Assembly (NCBI RefSeq): GCF_006345805.1
Contig: NC_042998.1
Location: 158,968,001-159,032,000 of the forward strand
Direction of reading: 5' to 3'
DNA length: 64,000 bases
Source: Octopus sinensis
Lineage: Eukaryota
Part shown: piece by piece, positions 13,931 to 24,460 of the stretch
Layout: every line of letters starts with the position of its first letter
Position numbering within the stretch: position 1 is the stretch's first letter
Notes under the pieces: model-generated
The model's input: only the letters and a program-made list of their open reading frames with translations
Databases searched by the model: none
What the model was told of the DNA's origin: nothing
Translations under genes and position numbers: made by a program

Positions 13931-14192
13931 CCTGCATATATATCCTTGTCTTCCTTTTTCTAGTACCATTCCTTTGTCTTAAACCCAATCCAACTCAATC
14001 CATCCCTGTCCATATGTTCACGTTCCCTACATCGTTTTTTTTCTTTTTTTATCAACTGTTATTTGTCTATATTTACAAGTGATCTCAATTCTTATTATAG
14101 AAAGATAATAGCAATTCCTGAACCAGACGGGCATATAACAACATGACAGTCAAAACTCAGGATCTTTAGCGAGACACAGATTTATGTATGGA

Positions 14193-14294
14193 TGTACCTG
14201 ATGAGATCCAGACGGCAAACTAGATGCAACACATGTTGAACGGAGTCCCATCCATAAGCGACAGAGCAGGATGGATCGAAACGACCATTGTACA
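14193..14294 (+). ncRNA. Type I hammerhead motif with a large stem II insertion
   Basis: UGUAC-CUGAUGA-GAUCCA-(61 nt)-UGGAUC-GAAA-CGACCA-UU-GUACA. Stem I is 5 bp, stem II is 6 bp, and stem III has a C.A mismatch. Confidence 0.6.
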
Positions 14295-14337
14295 AAATAA
14301 AGATTAACACCAAATCCATCTTCTGGTTACTTAAGAA

Positions 14338-14353
14338 ATTATTATTATTATTA

Positions 14354-14410
<57 letters not shown>
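14338..14410. repeat. (ATT)n microsatellite
   Basis: Seen directly. Confidence 0.95.
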
Positions 14411-14871
14411 GAGTGAGAGAGCAGTTCATGCCATCAAAGTGACACTGGGGTAAAATATACGAAGCGCAATATACCCATCATGACTACTCGTCTGATAAAG
14501 GTACACCAGGCACATGCATCACAACCATATGTGCGCGATATGGTGATCTCATATCAAGATAAACAGCACATGACCTTGCAGGTGGGGCCCAGTTAGAATT
14601 TTCTTCATTTTGAGTAGCCCATCCTGCTCAAACGGTCCCTGAATAAGGGTTGTTTAAGGATGTTGAAAGAACCACCCATGTTTCCAGAGGTGAACTATTC
14701 AAACCCCAAAGAATCCCTCTCAACACATGGCTATGATGCTCCCCCACTACTTCTGCTCGTGATCAGAGATGCACATATCGTCAGCCACTAAGGGACATGC
14801 TCAACTGGTTAAGGTCAAACAACTGACAAGCAAATCTGTGGTATTGAGCAGAATATTTGCTGTAGCCCATC

Positions 14872-14875
<4 letters not shown>
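14411..14875 (-). mobile_element. About 465-bp interspersed element bracketed by (ATT)n; probable non-autonomous retroelement or LINE 3' UTR
   Basis: Complex GC-richer block with (ATT)n on both sides. The minus strand ends CTGCTCTCTCACTC(AAT)n like a retroposon tail. Orientation and class are inferred. Confidence 0.5.
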
Positions 14876-14948
<73 letters not shown>

Positions 14949-15764
14949 GTGTGTATGTGTTTGTGTGCGCCCTTCATTGAGCAACAAAATTTAAACTTGT
15001 CAAATCAATTTGAATATTCCAATAATAGGTGTGCTATTAACTCTCATCTCAAATCAAACCTGCTTGACACGTAATATAACATTGATAGGTCTTTGAAATT
15101 GTGAGAAAGACAGAAGTGGGAGAGAAAAGTTGAGAAGAGGAGACAGATAGAGAAGTCTCTCCCCACCTGCCTCATCCTGTATTGAACTGCTGCACTGGTA
15201 CTTTGTTTATCACCCTCAAAAGTATAAAAAGCAATATTAACTTGAATGGAATTCAAACACAGACAACAGGAATAAATACAGAAAAGCATTCTACCTGACA
15301 CATTTTCTCTCTCTCTCTCCACACACACACACAAGCACACACACTAACACACACACTCACGTACACAGATGCACACATACACTCACACACACATGCACGC
15401 ACACACATATACTACCAGTAAAACCCGTTGTTAACTGGGTGATTATTTTTACTGTTTATTGGGAGCGACATTGAAAGTATTATTATATGTATAATTTACT
15501 CCTCCTGTATGTGTGTATTTTTAGAAGAGAAAACCACTTGATTATTGAAGTAGATGAAAGATCAATATCATACATGAACTTGTGTTTGTTTATGATATGA
15601 CAATAATAAGTGAGTTGTATGTGTTATTTCATTTATCTATCCAGTACTGGCAATGATATCTCTTTATAAGAGAAAAACATTTGATAATTGAAACAGAAAA
15701 AAGATCATTTTTATACATTAATTTCTGTTTGTTTATTACGTGATAATAATAAGAGGCAATGACA

Positions 15765-15899
15765 GAAAGGGACAGAAAGAGAGAAAAAGAGAAATAGAAA
15801 TACAGAGAGAAAGCGAGAGTGACAGAAAGAGAGTGAGTGATAGAAGAAGAGAGAAACTGGAAGAGAGAGAGAGAGAGTAAGAGACAACAGAAGGAGACA

Positions 15900-15942
<43 letters not shown>

Positions 15943-16450
15943 TGACAAGAGAGACAGGAAAAGAGAACGATAAACGACGGAAGGAGAGAGACATGAAGAG
16001 AGAAAGACGGAAAGAGAGAGAAAGGAAGACACAAAAAGATAAAGAAGGAGAGATAGAAAAGAGAGAAAAAAAGAGAGAAAGGAAGAGAAAGAGGGAGAAA
16101 GGAGGGGAGAGATAAAGATAGAGAAAGAAAAGGAGAAAGGAAGAGAAAGATAGATAGGGAAAGAGAAAGAAAGAAAGAAAGAAAGAAAGAAAAAGGAAAG
16201 AAAGAGAGGGAAAATAGACAGAGGGAAATAGACTGACAGAGAGATAGAGATACAGAAAGAGAGATAGAGTGACAGAAAGAGAAGGAAATTGACAGTTAGA
16301 GAAGAAAGCTGGTTTTAGTTTCACTTTGCGGGAGAAACAAAGAGACAGAATCTCTTTGAAGTAGCATGGCAGAGAAACAGACAGACAGAGAATATAGAGA
16401 GGGAGAGAGAATAGAGGCGACATAAAAAGAAAATCATAGAGAGATAGTGA
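15765..16450. repeat. GA/GAAA-rich low-complexity tract
   Basis: Purine-skewed degenerate repeat; source of the SLF-rich and ERK-rich ORFs. Confidence 0.9.
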
Positions 16451-16500
16451 CTGGTTTTAGTTTCAGATTGTGGGATAAACAGACAACAGACAGGCTCTCG

Positions 16501-16581
<81 letters not shown>

Positions 16582-16633
16582 TGTATTCATATGTATTTAT
16601 ATACATGTTTGTCTATATAAATATAGTGTGTAT

Positions 16634-17045
16634 GCGCAGGCGTGGCTGTGTGGTAAGAAGCTTGCTTCCCAAATACATGGTTCCACGTTCAGTCCCACTG
16701 AGAAGCAACTTCGGCAAGTGTCTTCCGCTATAACCTCGAGCCGACCAAAGCCATGTGAGTGAACTTGGTAGACGGAAACTTAAAGAAGCCCGTCGTATGT
16801 ATAAATTAATTTCCGTGAGTGTGTGTGTGTTTTATCTGTGATTGTCCTCACCACCGCTTGCCAACCGGTGTTGGTGTGTTTACGTCCCCGTAACTTAGCG
16901 GTTCGGCAGTGGACACCGATAGAATAAGTACTAGGCTTAGAAAAATAAGTAATGGGGTTGATTCATTTGGCTAAAAGTTTTTCAAGGCGGTGCCCCAGCA
17001 TGGCCGCAGTCTAATGATTGAAACAAATAATAGATAAAAGGTGAA
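16634..17045 (+). mobile_element. tRNA-derived SINE family A, complete copy
   Basis: Head GCGCAGGCGTGGCTGTGTGGTAAG (A-box-like) and GTTCAGTCCC (B-box-like), then GGCAAGTGTCTTC, a central GT tract and the 3' tail GGCGGTGCCCCAGCATGGCC. Confidence 0.9.
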
Positions 17046-17119
17046 AGACACACACACACATATATATGTATATATATTAACTATACTTTTATATGATTGA
17101 ACGCCACGCATTCATTTCC

Positions 17120-17139
17120 AAGTAAGTATATGTATATAT

Positions 17140-17184
<45 letters not shown>

Positions 17185-17243
17185 CTATATATATATATAT
17201 ATATGTGTGTGTGTATGTATATGTATCTATCTATCTACCTACC

Positions 17244-17323
<80 letters not shown>

Positions 17324-17355
17324 ATATATATATATGTATGTATGTATATATATAT

Positions 17356-17386
<31 letters not shown>

Positions 17387-17555
17387 TAACGTACACCCTA
17401 ATCACAGAAAACACACACACACATATATATATATATATACACATACGCATTCATACATACAAGCGTGTATACATACATACATACATACATACATACATAC
17501 ATACATACATACATACATACATACATACATACATGCATACATACATACATACATA
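17120..17555. repeat. Compound (TA)n/(ATAC)n tract
   Basis: Seen directly. Confidence 0.9.
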
Positions 17556-18881
17556 CAGTCCTTCAAACTTCGTCGCATTTCGATAAATTATGCTTCAATA
17601 TAAATATATTCCCTGTAATACACAGGCTCTTCACTGAATGAATAAATGTTTCATTGAAAGTTGCTTTCAAATATAGTTTCTATTTGATAACCTTTGTTCG
17701 TGGACTCAGTGTTTCTATTTTCTGCAAGTTTAACAATATAGAATATAAGGAGTTTGATTACAAGGGAAAAGAAAATGTAAAATAAATACAAAATGCAAAA
17801 CAATATGGAGGGTGAAAAACGTCGGTGAAAAGCCTACAAGAACAGTATCAGGTTACAAAGCAGCAGCCATATATCCTACACAGTCGGACATCTCCAGTTG
17901 ACGATGTTTTTTATTTATATAGTTTTTACTTTCTTGTATCTATCGTTTCAAATTTTGGAGGTTATTCATCAATTTATCCGTTTATTTTTTTTTATTTTTT
18001 TGTAATTTTCTGTTTATATTCTATAGCTCAAATTTCTGTTTCCTTTCATTGCTGTTGTTCTGCAGAATCTGACGCTGTACAACATAATCTTGATGACATG
18101 ATTATATTGTGAAGCCTACTTTTTTTTTAAAAAAGAAAGAGGAAGAAGGAAGTGAGTGTGAGTATGCACTTGTATGTTTGTGCATGTGTGTGTAGATGTT
18201 GGTGAATAAGTGTGTAGATGTGTGTAAAGGTGGGTGAAGAAGCACAGCAATGGATTCAGATTCAAAATTAATATGCCTTGAGGGAATTGAAGAAAGCGGT
18301 GAAAATGTAACACGACACAAGCAAAAGTTAAAAGAATTAAGCTGGCAGCATCAATTAAAATGGCTCTAGGAAACTAATTTCAGTGGGAAATAACAGCATA
18401 GATGTCATATTGTTGAGTTGTTGAAACAGAATTTAGAAAAATAAAGGAAAAAAAATCACACAAAAAATAAACGCAAGCTGAAGCCGGATAAGAAGGATTT
18501 AAGAGAAAATTAAATGAACATCTTATTTTTATTGGCTCAGCTAATGTCAACGATATGTGTTGAACGATTAAAATAGGAATTGCCATAAATTCAAACCTTA
18601 TGATATGATTTTACTTTCTCTGTCAGTGTTTCTGGTTCTACTCCATGCCTTACCATAATTTTAGAGTCGTTTTAAAAACGTTTTGCCAAGCCAGATTAGT
18701 TTCTTCCCCATCCATTGATGTGATACATATTTTTATTGTGGCAGTTGTTGCTATTGTTTGAATTAAAGTGTACCTTCAAGTATTCATACACAACATTAAA
18801 TTTAATAAAACTGTTGTTGCTGTTGTGGTTGTAGTTACCATCATCATCAATATATTATCACTATCATTATTTTCATCGTCA

Positions 18882-18883
<2 letters not shown>

Positions 18884-18980
<97 letters not shown>

Positions 18981-18997
18981 CATTATTATTATTATTA

Positions 18998-19074
<77 letters not shown>

Positions 19075-19075
19075 A
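18884..19075. repeat. (ATT)n followed by (GTT)n
   Basis: Seen directly; source of the poly-Y/poly-C ORF. Confidence 0.95.
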
Positions 19076-19415
19076 TATTTGTTTATTTGTTGCGTGTATC
19101 AAATCTGTCCACTATTGCCGAAATCATGCAAATAATAAGGGTTTGGGAGAGTTGGGGTGTTTATGAAGCTAGAAAACATTTTAAAAGAGTGAAAATATTT
19201 ATTAGCACAATTCGCATGAAAATTTCTTACAAGAGTCACGATGAGAAATCATGTACAGTGTCTCCTGAGAAAAGTATATACACTCATGCATATATAAATG
19301 CCCACATGCATACATACATACATACATACATACATACATACATACATACATACATACATACATACATACATACATACATACATACATACATACATACATA
19401 CATACATACATACAT

Positions 19416-20580
19416 GCCTTCTTATTGATAGGCCATCGATCTTCGAGGAAGACGTAGTCTGTAGTCTCAACAGTCAACAGTGGGGACGCATGTGGCTCCG
19501 CAGCCCAAAGCCGGAAGCAAATAAACGCCTGCAGGTTGGACACTGATAATCTGTGGTCGGGACTGATGATTATGCGCCCCGGTGGTGTCTGTCTGTTGCA
19601 GCTGCGAGGCTTTGCCATGTATCCCCCTTAAAGGCAGCTACACCAGTGCAGATGGTTGACCTCCTGGTAGCCTTGAGGCTGCCATCTCGAGTTTGCGAGG
19701 ATGGATGCCATACCACTTTAGGGTACCCCTTAGGGTGTCCTTGTACCTCAATTTAGGTCTTCTTTGTTGCCTTGTGCCTTCCTTCAGCTCACCGCACACC
19801 AGTTGTCTGGGGATGCGGTGGTCGTCCATTCTGATGACGTGGCCAGTCAAGCGTAACTGAACTTTCAGAAGAATTGCCATGACGCTCGTGGGCTCTCCTC
19901 TGCCTAGAACTTCTGGTTGGATACTCTGTCCTGTCAGTGGTTGCCCATAATTGTGAGCAGAGATCTTGTGTGGAACTGTTCCAACTGCTTGATGTACCAG
20001 CGGTATAGACTCCACGTTTCACAATCTCTGTGGAGAGAACAACAGCGTTGTATAATTCGTGCATAGCCGCACGCCTTTCTGCTGTAGTACTTCAACTCTT
20101 AGTCTACCGAGTGCTTGGCTGGCTTTCTGGCTCCTGGATATGATCTCTTTATCCAGCGAACTGTCTGTAGAGATGGTGCTGCCTAGGTACCTGGAGCTTT
20201 TGACCCCATCGATGGTGATGGTTGGCTTAGGACTGCCTGGAGCAGGTGGAGGTCGAATACGGAGCCATCCCTTCGGTATTTGATGTACACGCTCAGGTCG
20301 AGGTTCTTCGCAGCACGGAGGAGGGCCTGCGTGATGAACAAACTGAAGAGCACTGGGGCGAGGACACATTCCTGTTCACCTCCAGTGGAGATATGAAAGG
20401 GGTCCGTATAGTCCCCATTGGAAAGGACTTGTCCCTTCATGTTGTTGTGGAAGAGCCTGACCAGGGTTGTGAATTTTTGTGGGCAAACCAGCTTGCTGAG
20501 GATATTCCACAAGACTTCCTGGTTGACCTTGTCAAACGCCTAGTTCAGGTCAATGAATACGGCGCACAGAACTTTGAGCT
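19416..20580 (-). mobile_element. 5'-truncated RTE-clade LINE relic (RT C-terminal part and 3' UTR)
   Basis: Motifs across shifted frames: FIDLN*AFDKVNQEVLW, CVLAPVLFSLF, RYLGSTIS, QLRLTGHVIRMDDHRIPRQLVCGEL, RPKLRYKD. The 3' end runs into (ATGT)n at 19308-19414. Confidence 0.9.
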
Positions 20581-20917
20581 ATATATTTGTTATTTTTAAA
20601 GAACAGTATGAATGTTCAGTGCAATTGTAAAGTGCAGTAGTTTATTTTTATATTGAACCAGGAGTGGTTGGTATTTCTTCAATGTGTAGTCGGTTCGTCA
20701 GAGAAGAGGAAACAGAATAGTTGATATACATCCAGAATTATAACGTCCAGCCGAAAGCTGAGTGAACCATGAAGCCGGCCAGTTAAAGGGAAGAGAAAGA
20801 TTTTCAAGTGCACACACAGACACGAACAGAAATACAGACACACATTTGAACCTGATTAGAATCATGTTCACATATCAGCTTTTAAAGGGAAGAAAGAAGA
20901 AAAAGAAGAGAGGCAAA

Positions 20918-20957
<40 letters not shown>

Positions 20958-21964
20958 AATAGAGTACAACGGAAAAAGAATACTAGAGGTAAACAGATAA
21001 AGGAGAGAATTTATGAAAAAAGGGGAAAATAAGCAAGATGACAAATAAGAAAAGAGAGAGAAAAGAAGAAGCCGCAGGGAGATTGACAAGTGGAAGGGTT
21101 ACATACACATACACATGTTATCGGGTAAATGACAGTTGTACGCTCCCGTATGCACATGTAGTTATACATATGAGAATATCATTTAGTTGCTAAGTGCACA
21201 GACATTTCGTCTAGAGAACAACGCTGAAGGAAGTTTATTTGTCCTTTGTGAAAAACAAAATAAATAAACTATCAATAAAACAATAATCACAACCACAGCT
21301 GTATTCAGTATTACCAATAGAGTTTTCCAAATACAGCAAGGATATTCTTCTATTCTATCCGCCTGTGAATCAGTAACTATTTCTAAGGCTGTTAAATGCA
21401 TATTTGCCTAGCATTGTCAGTCTGTCTATAAGTATGTCTATGACACCATATAGAAACAATGCCAGCGGCTTTAGTTAGACTCAGAGTTCCGGTTGCCTCT
21501 GAGAGACAAGGCACAACATGTCGAAGCACTGTTGTCCCAGAATGCTGTGCACCAATGATCCGAGTGCGTTGAAGTTATTCGCCTATGACGTACACATCAG
21601 TCACCAGTACATCTTGCGTCTAAACCTACCTAGATTAAGAATAATATGGAAACATTCGTTCCATATCCTGCTGTACACGGTCTAAATAACGATTTTCTAT
21701 CGGTTGGCTGATATAAGAACCAATCAGCAAACAATTTGTTCTCTGAATGTGTAAACAAAGCCAGCGGCTTTGTTTAGGCTCAGTTCCGGCTGCTTCTAGT
21801 CGACAAGACCCTGGTGTCCCAGAATGCCGTGGGCCAATGAGCTGATTGCATTGAACACAGTATCGATGGAAAAGGAAGTTACTCTCCAAAGACAAGCAAC
21901 GACCAGCATATTTTGCATCTGAGCCTATCTAAAAGTGTTGAGAATAAATAGTTTATGTTTTATT

Positions 21965-24035
21965 GAACTCAGCTAGTGCTGAAACCATGCTGGGGCATCG
22001 CCTTTCAATGTGATTGGGTTTCTTTTCTGTATTGTTTCTGTCGAAGTAGCATGTTGGACGGAGCTGCTCTTCATTGTGCTTCCTGTCGCGATCTGGGTAC
22101 ATCTAGTATCTCAGATAAAAATTTGTTCAGACGTTCTTTGAAGACCTCACAAATCTTTGAGGTTGTTTGGTAGACAGTTGACTAGTGTGGACCCTTGAAA
22201 GCCAAGCTGTTATAATACTAGGTCCTTATTCTCGATAAAGAAGACAGAAGCTTTGGTACTATGCCGTACTGTCCAATTCGGTAGTTGGTATAGCTTTCAA
22301 TTTCAAAGTTGGGAGCTAGATTTTGCAGTATCATCCCTATGTATATAAATGTGTATCTTTCACAAATTCTCTCCAGGGATTAGAGAGAGCTTCAGTTCTT
22401 TTAGTCTCTCCTAGCAGCTCATCTGTTGCACCAGCTCAGTTTTCTTAGTGTAGTGATGTTGGATTGCCTCGAGTTCCGCCATCAGTTTGACGCTTTGCGG
22501 TAACCGTAGTCGGAAGCAGTTATCCTGACGACTAAAAACGAAGGTTCTCCATAGGAGTAGCATGATATCCTTTTCCTAGCTCTGAATGATCTCAGAATCC
22601 ATCCAGCTACTCGCTTGCACAGTGTTGCCATGCTGGAATATGCACATAAAATGTTGCATCATTACTCTTCTGGATTTCCTGGTTAAGCACCGACTCCGAC
22701 ATTTGTAGTCTGTTTGCGGGACGATATTCGAATGCTTCTCGGTATTGAACTGCATGTTATTTTCATCAGTATTGTTATTTTCACCTGTATATTGCATTCA
22801 GGTTTTTCTGCACGTTTAGGATGTCATTGGGTCCTTGGTTGCCCGTAATCTATGATCAACATAACTAGTAAAAGTAGTGTACTGTATGGCTGAGAGCATG
22901 TCTGAGAGAGTAACCATAAACATAAAGAGACTTTTCAGCCATTGAGAATTAATGTTTCTCCAGAGAAAGCACTATTGGCTGAAACTCTCTGACCATTGCC
23001 TTTTAAAATGTCATGCAACCGCTCTCCTAATTTTCCAGTGATACTAAGGTCACACAGTATGTGACACATCCACATCAAAGGCCTTGGTAAAGTCAAGATA
23101 CATCACTACCACATTTGAGTGGTTGAGCTATTGCTTCAGTATCCAGTTATAATATTTTAGTAGCTGCGTGAGGCAGCTCGTCCTGGACGGAAGCCATGTT
23201 GCGTGTTCATGAGCAAGTTATTCTCTACTAGGAACGTAATCAGACTCTTTCTGACAATCCGTTCCATACTCTTGCTAACATGTGAGGTCAGAAAGATAGA
23301 CTTGTAATTTTTAGTATCTGCTCTGCTTCCTCGTTTATGAACAAAGCATATAATGCCCTCTTTTAACGTTTTGAGAAGTTTACCACATGCAAGGAAACTG
23401 AAAAATTATCCGCAGTGGTTTTGCGTAGCCTTGCTGCATGTTTTTAAAAGAACAGCCAGAAATCCATTGAGCCGGTTGCTAAGTTATTGCTTATCTCATC
23501 AATGGCCTATATTACATCCTTCTTTATGTCGTTGTAATCGATGTTTGCCTCTTTCTCATGTAGATCTTTTTGACTCTTTCCCATGTAGATCTGTTGCCTC
23601 TTTCCCATGTAGATCTGTTTGCCTATTTCCCATGTAGATCTGTTTGACTCTTTCCCATGTAGATCTACTTATTTGCATATTTCCCAGTGAACAGTTGAAG
23701 ACACTTTGGAATTATTTAACACTTCACTTATCCATCTGGAGTCTGCAGTTAGTGAGCCGTCTTCTTTAAACAGTGGCCCTATTTTGTAGTGCAGAGAGGC
23801 AAATTCTTTCGCAACTTTGTTAAAGGCTTTAGGATTTATTTTTATATTTTCCACCCCTGCTTTCTCTTTCTTCCTTTTCTTTTTCATAGAAGAGTGGGTT
23901 TACTTTCGATCTCTAAGAGCACCTTTTTGAAAAGGGATTTTTTGCTTAAATCTCATATCAATGTCTTGCATAGAGATACTAAGTCAATTTTAATGGCGTA
24001 TTTGTTTTTCAATTGACTTCTAGTCAGCTATGTAG
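21965..24035 (-). mobile_element. Decayed CR1-clade LINE (ORF2 RT region and 3' end)
   Basis: ENIKINPKAF...IGPLFKEDGSL, NYKSIFLTSHVSKSMERIV, HGFRPGR, MYLDFTKAF and YNSLAFKGP, with many stops and frameshifts. Confidence 0.8.
23544..23666. repeat. Minisatellite, 5 copies of a 24-25 bp unit
   Basis: Unit TTTG(A/C)CTCTTTCCCATGTAGATCT repeated in tandem inside the CR1 relic. Confidence 0.9.
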
Positions 24036-24039
24036 AAGT

Positions 24040-24407
24040 TCAGATTGGATATGGTATGTGCTGTGCGTTGTTTTAATGTTATTTTCACTGTATTGAAAGT
24101 GCTTTACGTAGAATATGTGCAGTGCCTATCAGTGCTATTTTCTGTATGTTATATATATATTCATAAGCCCTTGTGTCTTCGTTACGTATTTGTCTTTATG
24201 TTTTTAACCATGCTTAATGCTCCTATTGTTATAGGGAGTGTTTCTGCTTTCAGGCTCCACATTCGGCATATTTCTATGTCCTGATTTTTGTATTTCGAGA
24301 GTTTCTGCTTCGGACTGATATGTCGATTAGAAGGTATTTTCTTCTTGGTAATCCCTAACTGCTATACTTAACCCTTCTCTCTCTCTTTCTTTCTTTCTCT
24401 CTCTCTT

Positions 24408-24460
<53 letters not shown>

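Noticed and set aside
15629-16423. 264-aa hydrophobic ORF resembling a membrane protein
   Set aside because: Reverse translation of a GA-rich low-complexity tract.
16634-16710. tRNA-like sequences at SINE heads (also 41700-41770, 57230-57305, 63864-63930)
   Set aside because: A/B boxes are present but there is no complete cloverleaf, and they continue into SINE bodies.
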